Source: Bacteroidales bacterium (GTDB lineage: Bacteria; Bacteroidota; Bacteroidia; Bacteroidales; VadinHA17). From it: a stretch of 64,000 bases of DNA. This document shows positions 8,136 through 17,932 of this stretch, in pieces (position 1 is the stretch's first letter; the number at the start of each line of letters is the position of its first letter). The stretch is from positions 906-64,905 of the forward strand of contig DATALC010000105.1 in NCBI GenBank assembly GCA_036261265.1, written 5' to 3'. Under the pieces are notes generated by a model. That model had not been told where the DNA came from. It made no database searches and saw only the letters and a list, made by a program, of their open reading frames with translations. Made by a program: the position numbers and the translations under genes.

Positions 8136-9701
8136 ATGAGGTATTTAAATATAATTGTATTTCTGTTCCTGTTCATGTTTATTTCAACTTTAGCATATTC
8201 AACATCTTACTATATATCTCCTTCAGGAAACGACAATAACACAGGAACAATAGATTCACCATTTTTTACACTTAACAAAGCCTGGTCGGTAGTAAAGGCA
8301 GGTGATGTTATATATGCCCGGGGTGGAACATACAGGTTCAACTCAAGGCAGAACCTTACGGGAAAGAACGGAACTTCTTCAGATACTATTAAGATATGGG
8401 CTTACCCTGGTGAAAGACCTGTTTTTACAAAAAGCGCATCTTTTGAAACACCGTCGTTCCCTGTCAGTCTTATTTATGTACGAGCCGATTATGTTCATAT
8501 CCGTGGCGTTGAAGTGGCATGGTTTACCCAGAACTCTTCTGCCGTCTGGTATGGTATTGCCGTACAGTCATCCGATCATTGTACATTCGAAAGGATAAAC
8601 AGCCATCATAACGGGCACGGAATGGGAATACGTGATGAGTGTAACCACAATCTTGTACTAAACTGCGACTTTCATCATAATTTGGATCCGGTCACTTCAT
8701 ACGGGAATGCTGATGGTCTTGCAATTGCTTACCAGAGCTCATCTGTCGAGAACATTGTAAGAGGATGCAGAATGTGGAACAACTCGGACGACGGCCTTGA
8801 TCTGTGGGACAATAACGGGAATCTTGTTCTTGAGAACTCATGGTCGTGGCGTAATGGATACCTCGGAAACGGCTCAGCTGCCGGCGATGGTTGCGGCTTT
8901 AAGTTCGGGAAAACATCTACTGAGAATGGAACAGCTTTTAAACGCACTGTCAGGAATACGATATCAGTTTACAACAGATCGAGAGGTTACATGCAGAATT
9001 CTGCGAATGTGAGATTCAATTTTTATAACAACATAGCATGGAAAAATCCTAAGGGTCTTGTTTTTTCAACCTACAATCTTGCTCATGTATTCAGGAATAA
9101 TATTGTATTTGAAAATGACGAGAACTGGAATGGAGATTATTCCAAATCTGTGAGGGACCATAATTCAAATGATCCATCACCGGAAGCTTCAGCTGCAGAT
9201 TTCATGAGCATTGATACAACAGGAATGTCAGGAAAAAGGAAAGCTGACGGTGGTCTTCCTGATTTGAATTTCATGAAGCTTGCTGCAGGTTCAGATCTTG
9301 TTGATGCAGGTGTGAATATTGGAATGGCTTATAACGGAAAAGCCCCTGATCTCGGCGCTTATGAAGCCGGCTCAGGTATATCTGCTGCACCGGATGCTGC
9401 ACAGAATACGAATGTTGATACGACTCATATCGACCCTGCTGAAAAGGATCAGAGCGGACAGATTTCAATTTTGCCTTACCCCGCAAAAGATCACCTGACA
9501 ATTTCAAATTTCAATCCGGGAAACGAACAGGCAGTACTTACTATAAAAGATTTTGCAGGAAATGTCTGTTTTGAGGCGAAGCTTGAGAACAAGACAATTA
9601 TGGCTAATATCCCCGTAAGTCTGGCCCCGGGTTTTTATGTTGCGCAGTTGAAAAGAGGTGATGCTGTACAGCACGTTCAGAAATTGGTTTTTGTAAAATA
9701 A
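8136..9701 (+). CDS. Right-handed parallel beta-helix (pectate-lyase-fold) protein with T9SS C-terminal sorting domain
   Basis: 521 aa with a signal peptide. Start YYISPSGNDNNTGT, repeated beta-helix turns (NCDFHHN, GLAI, NNSDDGLDLW), and a C-terminal roughly 80-aa type-A Por/T9SS CTD (ILPYPAKDHLTISN...GFYVAQL...QKLVFVK). Confidence 0.85.
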   Translation: MRYLNIIVFLFLFMFISTLAYSTSYYISPSGNDNNTGTIDSPFFTLNKAWSVVKAGDVIYARGGTYRFNSRQNLTGKNGTSSDTIKIWAYPGERPVFTKSASFETPSFPVSLIYVRADYVHIRGVEVAWFTQNSSAVWYGIAVQSSDHCTFERINSHHNGHGMGIRDECNHNLVLNCDFHHNLDPVTSYGNADGLAIAYQSSSVENIVRGCRMWNNSDDGLDLWDNNGNLVLENSWSWRNGYLGNGSAAGDGCGFKFGKTSTENGTAFKRTVRNTISVYNRSRGYMQNSANVRFNFYNNIAWKNPKGLVFSTYNLAHVFRNNIVFENDENWNGDYSKSVRDHNSNDPSPEASAADFMSIDTTGMSGKRKADGGLPDLNFMKLAAGSDLVDAGVNIGMAYNGKAPDLGAYEAGSGISAAPDAAQNTNVDTTHIDPAEKDQSGQISILPYPAKDHLTISNFNPGNEQAVLTIKDFAGNVCFEAKLENKTIMANIPVSLAPGFYVAQLKRGDAVQHVQKLVFVK

Positions 9702-9727
9702 ACTCTCCTTTGTTTTGGATTTTAAGA

Positions 9728-9759
9728 TCGGGAGGCTGAATTATTTTTCTGCCTCCCGA
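9728..9759. terminator. Hairpin between convergent genes (possible bidirectional terminator)
   Basis: TCGGGAGGC-14 nt-GCCTCCCGA, a perfect 9-bp GC-rich stem. It lies between the stop at 9701 (+) and the stop at 9761 (-). The T tracts are weak. Confidence 0.5.
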
Positions 9760-9760
9760 C

Positions 9761-10597
9761 CTATTTATCTCTCTTTATAGAATCAATAAGCACAAAAGGA
9801 ACGCTCAGAGTGAACCCTCCTGTGAGTTCCGACTTCTTATTCAATCTCTGTTCAATATTGTCGAAAATACTCTCAACCCTGTCTGCAGGCAAAAGCTTTA
9901 TCCATGATTGCATGAATGCAAGTCTTATGAAATAGTGATTCAGCATTGCAGTCGCATCTGCGAACCTGTAGTTGAACTGACTATGTTCTATAGCTTTTAT
10001 TATAAACCCATTGACGTTCATGAGATTGATCATATCATTGAGTGGTTTTCTTTTCTCATGAATATGCAGATGCATTGCCTCAATCTCATTATTCATCCCG
10101 GCTTCTTTTAAGACACTTTCAAGCTCATTATAAAACTCAAACATTGTTGAACCAAGATTGTAAGTCTGGATAAACTGACCTCCGGCTTTCATTATTCTTG
10201 AACATTCAGCCAAAACCTTATTTATATCGTTAACGTTGTTTATCCCGTTATTGCTTGTTACAAGATCAATTGTTCCGGATTCAAGCGGAACAGACTCAGC
10301 CATACAGTTAATAATATTTATATTGCTGATATTGTAAAAGCTTATCTTCTTTTTTGCCCTTTCTGTAGCTTCAAGCCACGGATCAATTCCGTAAACAATT
10401 GAATTATTTCCAAGACGTAAGGCAATCTCGGTTAGAGGAAACCCTGTTCCAAATCCAATATCAAGCGCTTTTATATTCTTCCTGTACTTAATATTGTCAA
10501 GAAGTTTCAGCCCGAAAGGAGCCGACCAGATCGGGCATTCGTCGGCGATTTCAGAATATCCTGAAAGATCGGGGTTCTGATTAAGATAAGTTTTCAT
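9761..10597 (-). CDS. Class I SAM-dependent methyltransferase
   Basis: 278 aa with SAM motif I (ALDIGFGTGFPL) and post-I/II blocks. Confidence 0.9.
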   Translation of the reverse strand: MKTYLNQNPDLSGYSEIADECPIWSAPFGLKLLDNIKYRKNIKALDIGFGTGFPLTEIALRLGNNSIVYGIDPWLEATERAKKKISFYNISNINIINCMAESVPLESGTIDLVTSNNGINNVNDINKVLAECSRIMKAGGQFIQTYNLGSTMFEFYNELESVLKEAGMNNEIEAMHLHIHEKRKPLNDMINLMNVNGFIIKAIEHSQFNYRFADATAMLNHYFIRLAFMQSWIKLLPADRVESIFDNIEQRLNKKSELTGGFTLSVPFVLIDSIKRDK

Positions 10598-10712
10598 AGG
10601 TTTATAAGCTGATATTCAATAAAATTAACTGACTTTTTACTTTTTCCAAAAATTGAAAATAAAACTTTCCTGTTTATCGATTGTTCTACCAGAGCACTAA
10701 ACTATTAAAATC

Positions 10713-11159
10713 ATGAGTAAACATTATGCAAATGCTTTTTGGGAAGGTAATCTTTCCGGTGGAAATGGAAAATACACATTGCAAAGCAGTCATTACGAAG
10801 GCACTCTAAGCTTTTCTTCACGTTTTGAGGATGATAAATCAGCTTCGAGCCCGGAAGAACTTATAGGAGCAGCTCTTGCAAGCTGTTATTCAATGGCTCT
10901 TGCACATGAGCTCGATCAGTTCGGTCACAAACCTGAAAAGATCGAAACATCCGCCTCAGTTACTCTCGAAAAGACAAGTAATGGTTTCGGAATAACAGAT
11001 ATCTTATTAAAGACAAGAGGAACAGTTCAGGGTGTAGATGAAAAGACATTCAAAGAAGCCGCCGAAAAAACAAAGACAGGTTGCCCTGTTTCAAAGGCTC
11101 TGACAGGAACGAATATAAGACTTGAAGCCGAATTGATTACTCATTCTGTTACTGCATAA
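10713..11159 (+). CDS. osmC: OsmC-family peroxiredoxin
   Basis: 148 aa. Contains SPEELIGAALASCYSMAL and the second Cys at TGCPVSKAL, the two catalytic Cys blocks of OsmC. Confidence 0.88.
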   Translation: MSKHYANAFWEGNLSGGNGKYTLQSSHYEGTLSFSSRFEDDKSASSPEELIGAALASCYSMALAHELDQFGHKPEKIETSASVTLEKTSNGFGITDILLKTRGTVQGVDEKTFKEAAEKTKTGCPVSKALTGTNIRLEAELITHSVTA

Positions 11160-11177
11160 CAAATAATCAGCATTATC

Positions 11178-11675
11178 ATGGCATTTAATATCTCAACCAC
11201 AGCATTTGAATATGGTGCCAGGATTCCCGTAATTCACACATGTGACGGAGAGGATATTTCTCCACCGTTAACATGGGAAGGTGAACCAAAAGAAACTGTC
11301 ACTTTTGCACTTATTGTTGAAGATCCTGATGCACCGGGCGGAACATACACGCACTGGATAGTATATAATATTCCTTCTTCTGTTCATCATCTTGACAGGA
11401 TTGAGAACGCACAAAAGAATCTTGACATTGGAGCGATTCATGCAAGGAATGATTTTGGAAAAAGTGGCTATGGAGGGCCTTGCCCGCCCAGGGGAGAGGA
11501 GCACAGGTACTTTTTCAGGATTTATGCGCTAAGGAAAAAGCTTGCACCAGAGTCTATTAAGGATCGTCAGAGCTTTCATCAGGTTATAAAAGATATTGTT
11601 CTGGATAAAGCCGAATACATGGGCGTTTATTCCAGAACTAAGAAAGCCAGGGAAGATAAGGAAAACAATGCATAG
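11178..11675 (+). CDS. YbhB/YbcL-family phosphatidylethanolamine-binding (Raf kinase inhibitor-like) protein
   Basis: 165 aa with DPDAPGGTYTHW and GYGGPCPP...HRYFFRIYAL, the PEBP signature. Confidence 0.9.
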   Translation: MAFNISTTAFEYGARIPVIHTCDGEDISPPLTWEGEPKETVTFALIVEDPDAPGGTYTHWIVYNIPSSVHHLDRIENAQKNLDIGAIHARNDFGKSGYGGPCPPRGEEHRYFFRIYALRKKLAPESIKDRQSFHQVIKDIVLDKAEYMGVYSRTKKAREDKENNA

Positions 11676-11793
11676 TAATAACAGATACTATTCTGTGTAA
11701 AAGCGGATTATTATTGCGGCACATTCGGTTAAGCTGAGGATTTTGTTTAACTTTGCAGTATTCATTTTTTGTTTAATTTAAGTCCTTACGATT

Positions 11794-12009
11794 ATGGCCG
11801 AGCAGACCGAACCAAAAAAAAGAGGCAGGAAAAAGGGTAGCACCGGGATTCCGCGTTCAAAGGGAAAAAGACTCTCCGGAAATCTTGAAAGCATGAGTTT
11901 TGAACAACTCCAGGAACTTAATGCCAGGATCACCGAGCTCATGAAAACTAAAAAGGATGAGCAGATCAGGATATTAAGACAAAAACTTGCTGATCTGGAG
12001 AAAATCTGA
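11794..12009 (+). CDS. Small basic coiled-coil protein (hypothetical)
   Basis: 71 aa. The N-terminus PKKRGRKKGSTGIPRSKGKR is strongly basic. The C-terminal 40 aa show a heptad-like helix (FEQLQELNARITELMKTKKDEQIRILRQKLADLEKI). A strong terminator follows immediately. Confidence 0.6.
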   Translation: MAEQTEPKKRGRKKGSTGIPRSKGKRLSGNLESMSFEQLQELNARITELMKTKKDEQIRILRQKLADLEKI

Positions 12010-12023
12010 CTAAAACGTTACAC

Positions 12024-12062
12024 AAGCTATAAGGTTATCCCTTCAGACCTTATAGCTTTTTT
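12024..12062 (+). terminator. Intrinsic terminator
   Basis: AAGCTATAAGG-13 nt loop-CCTTATAGCTT followed by a TTTTTT run. The stem is 11 bp and perfect. Confidence 0.8.
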
Positions 12063-12402
12063 CGTTACTTCAGCCAGCTGCACAATCTGCCTCTCCGGGC
12101 AGGATATTCCACAGCTCAGAAACCAGACATGATCTTTGTTCTGGTTTGTAAATTATATTTTTTTTATATTGCTCTTTTATATACATCATCAGAATAGTGG
12201 TGTTAAGTACTTATATATCAGAGCAGTATTTGTTCGTTGTTGCCCTTAACGTGGGTTTTCAGAAGAGATTTGCCGGGCTATGATAACTGGCTGTCAACAC
12301 ATCTGAGTGTTGTTGATCCGGATCGCTTTTCAATGCTCAATTCATATTATTCTTTACATAAAGTTTTTTCTGATACGCATAATTTCATTATTGACATAAA
12401 GT

Positions 12403-14460
12403 ATGATTAATAATAAATTAATTAATCCCGGTAGTATAGTAGTAATTGGCGGATCCGATGACATGTACAAACCTGGTGGAAAAATTCTGAAGAACATTCT
12501 CGATGGAAATTTTTCAGGAAAGCTTTATGTTGTTAATCCACGTCAGGATATAATACAGGGTCTCAGATCATACCGAAACGTGGAAGATATTCCATCAACA
12601 GATCTGGCTATACTATGCATATCATATAAACTATGCCTCCCGGCTGTAGAGGTACTTTTGCGTGAAAAGAACACTAAAGCATTTATTATAATATCAGCCG
12701 GATTCAGCGAGGCAGGAGAAGAAGGCAGGCAGCTTGAAAAAAAGATTGCGGGATTGATCTCCGCGGCAGGAGGTTCTCTTATTGGCCCGAACTGTATAGG
12801 TGTGATTACTCCTGCATACCAGGGTGTTTTTACAACGCCTGTTCCCAAACTGAATGCAAATGGGTGTGATTTCGTTTCAGGATCAGGTGCAACAGCTGTA
12901 TTCATCTTTGAATCAGCAATCTCAAAAGGACTTTATTTTTCAAGCGTTTTTTCTGTAGGCAACAGTGCTCAGACAGGTGTTGAAGAGATAATTGAATACT
13001 GGGATGAGACATTCGATGCTTCAACAAGCTCACGGATCAAACTGATATATGTTGAAAGCATTCAGGATCCTGATAAGCTGCTGCATCACTCATCATCCCT
13101 GATCCGTAAAGGATGCAGGATTGCTGCAATAAAAGCCGGCACAACCGAAGCAGGCATGAGGGCTGCTTCTTCACACACAGGGGCAATGGCTTCTTCAGAT
13201 TCAGCTGTCGAGGCATTGTTCAGAAAAGCCGGCATAGTCCGTTGCTCTGGGAGAGAAGAGCTGACTACTGTCGCATCTGTCTTTTTTCATAAGCAGATGA
13301 AGGGGAAAAACATTGCAATAATCACGCATGCAGGCGGACCTGCTGTGATGCTAACAGATGCCCTTGCAGCAGGAGGAATGAATATCCCGAAGATTTCAGG
13401 AGATGACCATGATAAGCTTTTATCTATGATGAACTCTGGAGCATCTGCTGTGAATCCGATCGACATGATTGCAACTGCCACAAATGAACAGCTTGAAAAC
13501 ATAATTGATTACGTTGATAAGAAAATGCCGATGTTTGATGGCATGAGCGTTATATTTGGCAGTAACGGGCTTAATGATATAAAAGAGATCTATGATCTTC
13601 TTGACAGGAAGATCCCAGAATGCACAAAACCGTTGTTCCCTATCCTTCCTTCAGTTAACAGCTCATCAAAAGAGCTCGAATATTTTCTGAACAAAGGACA
13701 TGTGAACTTTCCGGATGAAGTTGTTCTTGGTCGTGCTCTTACCAGAATTTTTAATACTCCTTATCCCGCAGAAGAGGAAATTTATCTTGATAATGTAAAT
13801 ATACCGGAGATCCGCAGCATAATAGATGAAGCCCCTGAAGGTTATATTGAACCTGCTCTTATCCAGAGGCTCCTAAAAGCTGCCAGTATACCCGTTGTAA
13901 ATGAAAGTACAGTAACAACAAGGGCGGAGCTGATGACAGTTACAGAAAAGGCAGGATTCCCACTCGCATTAAAAGTTGTGGGCCCGGTACATAAATCTGA
14001 TGTTGGCGGAGTTACCCTCAATATAAAATCTTTCAGGCATCTCGAGGCTGAGTTTAACAGGATGATGCAGATCCCCGGCGTGAAGGCCGTCCTTGTTCAG
14101 GAGATGATGACAGGAACTGAATTGTTCATCGGAGCAAGATACGAACCAAGGTTCGGTCATGTGATATTGTGTGGCCTTGGCGGAATATTTGTCGAGGTTC
14201 TTGGTGATGTCTCCTCTGGTCTGGCCCCTCTGACTTTTAATGAAGCAGATTCAATGATAAGAAGCCTGAGAAGCTACAGGATAATTAAGGGCGCAAGGGG
14301 TAAACAGGGTATCGATGAGAAGAAGTTTGCAGAGATAATAGTAAGGCTTTCAAGCCTTTTACGCTATGCGACTGAAATAAAGGAGATGGATTTAAATCCT
14401 CTGATCGGAAATCCTCACAGTATCTCTGTTGTGGATGCAAGAATCAGGATAGAAAAATGA
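12403..14460 (+). CDS. ADP-forming acyl-CoA synthetase (acetate--CoA ligase family, fused alpha/beta)
   Basis: 685 aa. N-terminal CoA-binding/succinyl-CoA-synthetase-alpha-like part (SLIGPNCIGVITP, phospho-His region SHTGAMA) and a C-terminal ATP-grasp domain. Confidence 0.88.
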   Translation: MINNKLINPGSIVVIGGSDDMYKPGGKILKNILDGNFSGKLYVVNPRQDIIQGLRSYRNVEDIPSTDLAILCISYKLCLPAVEVLLREKNTKAFIIISAGFSEAGEEGRQLEKKIAGLISAAGGSLIGPNCIGVITPAYQGVFTTPVPKLNANGCDFVSGSGATAVFIFESAISKGLYFSSVFSVGNSAQTGVEEIIEYWDETFDASTSSRIKLIYVESIQDPDKLLHHSSSLIRKGCRIAAIKAGTTEAGMRAASSHTGAMASSDSAVEALFRKAGIVRCSGREELTTVASVFFHKQMKGKNIAIITHAGGPAVMLTDALAAGGMNIPKISGDDHDKLLSMMNSGASAVNPIDMIATATNEQLENIIDYVDKKMPMFDGMSVIFGSNGLNDIKEIYDLLDRKIPECTKPLFPILPSVNSSSKELEYFLNKGHVNFPDEVVLGRALTRIFNTPYPAEEEIYLDNVNIPEIRSIIDEAPEGYIEPALIQRLLKAASIPVVNESTVTTRAELMTVTEKAGFPLALKVVGPVHKSDVGGVTLNIKSFRHLEAEFNRMMQIPGVKAVLVQEMMTGTELFIGARYEPRFGHVILCGLGGIFVEVLGDVSSGLAPLTFNEADSMIRSLRSYRIIKGARGKQGIDEKKFAEIIVRLSSLLRYATEIKEMDLNPLIGNPHSISVVDARIRIEK

Positions 14461-14538
14461 TCTTGATGCTGTTTGATGCAGATGGATTATTTAATTGTAT
14501 ATATTCGGAAGTTTATTTGAAATATTTATTTTAATAAA

Positions 14539-14964
14539 ATGATAATTCAGCAATTATCAGTTTTTCTGGAGAATAAGTCCGGACGGCTTACAGAAGTGCT
14601 TGAAACACTGGGAGAAGAGAATATCCGTATTACAGCTCTCACTGTCGCTGATACCTCAGAATTCGGTATTTTAAGATTGATAGTGTCCGATCCGGTTAAA
14701 GCCCGCAACCTGCTGAAAGAACATTCTTTTACTGTGAATCTCTCTGATGTAATATCAGTAATTTCACCGGCAGAAGCAAAGTATCATGCAAGAGTGCTGA
14801 AAGTTTTATCTGACAAGGATATAAGTGTCGAATATACATACGCATTTCCATCCGGTAATAAATCTGTGATCGTTTTGCGGTGCAGCAATACATCAGAAGC
14901 AATTACCGAACTTAGAAAACACGAAGTGGAGCTTCTTAACGCAAGCGACCTGTTTAAAATTTAA
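14539..14964 (+). CDS. ACT-domain protein (tandem ACT)
   Basis: 141 aa. Begins [28 protein letters not shown]. This is the small ACT protein commonly found next to PaaK-type ligases in anaerobes. Confidence 0.85.
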   Translation: MIIQQLSVFLENKSGRLTEVLETLGEENIRITALTVADTSEFGILRLIVSDPVKARNLLKEHSFTVNLSDVISVISPAEAKYHARVLKVLSDKDISVEYTYAFPSGNKSVIVLRCSNTSEAITELRKHEVELLNASDLFKI

Positions 14965-14968
14965 CATC

Positions 14969-16312
14969 ATGGCGCCCGGTACTAAAATCAAAGCCGAATC
15001 AAATTCAATATCAGAAATCTGGAATCCTCATTTCGAATGCATGAGCAGGGAAGATCTTGCCGGCATTCAGAGCACAAGGCTGAGGGAAACGGTAGAAAGA
15101 GTATATTTTAATGTTCCCTGGTATCGTCACAGGATGCAGAAGGCAGGCGTTGGCCCTGAGAGCATTAATTCTATTGATGATATTCGCAAGCTTCCGTTCA
15201 CAACAAAAAACAATTTAAGGGATAATTATCCGTTCGGCCTGTTTGCGGTTCCTATGAGTGAAATTGTACGCCTGCATGCATCATCAGGCACTACAGGGAA
15301 ACAGACTGTTGTCGGTTATACCAGACACGATATTGCAACATGGTCAGAGGTAATGGCAAGGACGCTTACAAGCGCGGGCGCCAACCGGAATGACTTCATC
15401 CAGATTGCCTATGGTTACGGATTGTTCACCGGTGGACTGGGACTGCATTATGGAGGTGAAAAGATAGGAGCTTCTGTTATTCCGATATCAGGAGGAAATA
15501 CATCAAGGCAGATCCAGTTGATGCAGGATTTCGGCAGCACCGTTTTAGCCTGTACTCCGTCCTATGCTCTATACCTTGCAGAAGCAATTTCTGAAAATGG
15601 TATTAACAGGGATTCACTGAAGCTGAAAATCGGAGTATTCGGGGCCGAACCCTGGACCGAAAATATGAGGAGAGAAATAGAATCAAAGCTCAGGATAAGG
15701 GCAATTGATATATACGGTCTGAGCGAGATTATAGGTCCCGGGGTCGCAAGTGAATGCCCTGAACAGGATGGTCTCCATATTAACGAAGATCATTTTTATC
15801 CTGAAATCATCGACCCTGAAACGTTACAACCCTTGCCTGAAGGAAGTACAGGAGAACTTGTTTTTACGACTATCACAAAGGAAGGATTACCTCTTATAAG
15901 ATACCGCACAAGAGATCTGACAAAGCTTAATTACGGCAAATGCAAATGCGGAAGAACAACTGTGAGAATGGCAAAATGCCTTGGCAGGAGCGATGATATG
16001 CTAATAATAAGAGGTGTGAATCTGTTTCCTTCGCAGGTTGAAACAGTACTGCTCGAAATGAGCGAAATAAAGCCTCACTACCAGTTAATCGTTGACAGGA
16101 TCAATAATCTTGATACGCTCGAGCTTAAAGTTGAAGTTGACGAAGCATTTTTCCAGGACAAGATCAGCCAGCTTGAATCTTTGCGCCAGAAGCTGAGCGC
16201 CAGTATCGAGGATGCAATCGGCCTGGGGCTAAAGGTTACGCTTGTTGAACCGAAAGCTATTGCGAGGAGTGAAGGGAAAGCTGTCAGAGTAATAGACAAA
16301 CGTAAATTCTGA
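14969..16312 (+). CDS. paaK: Phenylacetate--CoA ligase family (AMP-forming)
   Basis: 447 aa with the adenylation P-loop [18 protein letters not shown], and a C-terminal PaaK-type domain. It starts 4 nt after the ACT gene stop. Confidence 0.88.
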   Translation: MAPGTKIKAESNSISEIWNPHFECMSREDLAGIQSTRLRETVERVYFNVPWYRHRMQKAGVGPESINSIDDIRKLPFTTKNNLRDNYPFGLFAVPMSEIVRLHASSGTTGKQTVVGYTRHDIATWSEVMARTLTSAGANRNDFIQIAYGYGLFTGGLGLHYGGEKIGASVIPISGGNTSRQIQLMQDFGSTVLACTPSYALYLAEAISENGINRDSLKLKIGVFGAEPWTENMRREIESKLRIRAIDIYGLSEIIGPGVASECPEQDGLHINEDHFYPEIIDPETLQPLPEGSTGELVFTTITKEGLPLIRYRTRDLTKLNYGKCKCGRTTVRMAKCLGRSDDMLIIRGVNLFPSQVETVLLEMSEIKPHYQLIVDRINNLDTLELKVEVDEAFFQDKISQLESLRQKLSASIEDAIGLGLKVTLVEPKAIARSEGKAVRVIDKRKF

Positions 16313-16337
16313 AATAATTAACTATTTTGATTCTATA

Positions 16338-17684
16338 ATGGATGAAGTTATACATTCCGGCACACTAAAAAATACTCTCCCCGACAGAGAAGTTGTTAAG
16401 AGAATGATTGATGAAAGCGGGATCACCTCATTCTCACGGGCAAGCATCAGGGAAATAGCGCGTCTTGTTAACCAGATTGAAGAAGCATCAGGAATAAGGT
16501 TTGTCAGAATGGAGATGGGGGAGCCCGGATTAAGGTGTGCCAATATAGCTGTGGAAGCCGAAATCGAAGCATTAAAGGATGGTTTCGCATCAGTCTACCC
16601 GAACATCGAAGGGATTAAGCCTCTTAAAGCGGAGACTTCAAAATTCATCAAGCTCTTTCTTGATCTTGATATAAAGCCGCAGGGATGTATCCCGACTGTG
16701 GGATCCATGATGGGAGCAATGGCAGCGTTCCTTGTTGCCAACAGGAATGACTGCACTAAAGAAGGTAGCCTCTTCCTTGATCCGGGTTTCCCTGTTCAGA
16801 AACAACAGGTAAAGATGCTCGGACATGATTATTATTCTTTTGACATTTTTGAATACAGGGGAAAGAAACTGAAAGCAAGACTGGAATCATTCCTGAAACC
16901 CGGAAAGATCTCATCGATAGTCTATTCAAATCCAAATAATCCGACATGGATGTGCCTCACTGAAGAAGAGCTTGAGATAATTGGTGAACTGGCAGACAAG
17001 TACGATGTGATAGTAATCGAAGATCTTGCCTATTTCGGGATGGACTTCAGGAAGGATTATTCGCAACCCGGTAAGCCTCCTTATCAGCCGACAATCGGGA
17101 AATATATAAAAGATTATATATTACTTATATCAAGTTCGAAAATATTCAGCTATGCAGGTCAGAGGATCGGTATGATGGCAATTTCAGATCATCTTTTTAA
17201 CAGGCAATATCCTGACCTTCTGAGATACTATTCATCAGCCGGTTTCGGCCATTCTGTTGTGTTCGGCGCTCTCTACGGCCTGTCGGCAGGCGTTTCTCAT
17301 ACAACACAGTACGGACTTGCTGCAATGATGAAAGCCGTTAACGACGGCAGCTATAATTTTATTCAGCAGGTCAGGGAATATGGGGAGAAAGCTGCAATTC
17401 TGAAAAAGCTTTTCACAGGTAACGGATTCATCATACCATACGACAAAGATATGGATCAACCAATCGCTGACGGTTTTTACTTCACTCTGTCTTATCCGGG
17501 AATGACAAGCAGCGAGCTTATCGAACAATTACTTTATTATGGTATAAGCGCCATTTCACTCGATATAACAGGCAGCAGGAGAAATGATGGCCTCAGGGCC
17601 TGCGTATCTCATGTTGCACGAGATCAGTTCGCCGAGCTTGAAAAGAGACTTGTTAAGTTTAATGCGGATCATCCTTTAAATTGA
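16338..17684 (+). CDS. PLP-dependent aminotransferase (class I/II fold)
   Basis: 448 aa with NPNNPTW and the PLP-lysine block SSSKIFSYAGQRIG. Confidence 0.85.
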   Translation: MDEVIHSGTLKNTLPDREVVKRMIDESGITSFSRASIREIARLVNQIEEASGIRFVRMEMGEPGLRCANIAVEAEIEALKDGFASVYPNIEGIKPLKAETSKFIKLFLDLDIKPQGCIPTVGSMMGAMAAFLVANRNDCTKEGSLFLDPGFPVQKQQVKMLGHDYYSFDIFEYRGKKLKARLESFLKPGKISSIVYSNPNNPTWMCLTEEELEIIGELADKYDVIVIEDLAYFGMDFRKDYSQPGKPPYQPTIGKYIKDYILLISSSKIFSYAGQRIGMMAISDHLFNRQYPDLLRYYSSAGFGHSVVFGALYGLSAGVSHTTQYGLAAMMKAVNDGSYNFIQQVREYGEKAAILKKLFTGNGFIIPYDKDMDQPIADGFYFTLSYPGMTSSELIEQLLYYGISAISLDITGSRRNDGLRACVSHVARDQFAELEKRLVKFNADHPLN

Positions 17685-17700
17685 TTTTAATTAAAAAATT

Positions 17701-17925
17701 ATGGCAAAAATACGTGGCAGTATAGTTGTGAATATAGAACGATGCAAAGGATGCGAAATATGCACCGTTTCATGTCCTACCGGGACAATTGCAATGTCGA
17801 GGGAAGTTAACGGCAAGGGATATAATTATGCATATCCGGCCAATCCTGATTCATGTAACGGATGTGCAAATTGCGCTATAGTTTGCCCCGATGGTGTAAT
17901 AACTGTGTACAAAACAAAAATTTGA
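17701..17925 (+). CDS. 2-oxoacid:ferredoxin oxidoreductase delta subunit (2x[4Fe-4S] ferredoxin)
   Basis: 74 aa with two CxxCxxCxxxCP motifs (CKGCEICTVSCP, CNGCANCAIVCP). Confidence 0.9.
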   Translation: MAKIRGSIVVNIERCKGCEICTVSCPTGTIAMSREVNGKGYNYAYPANPDSCNGCANCAIVCPDGVITVYKTKI

Positions 17926-17932
17926 ACGCGGA

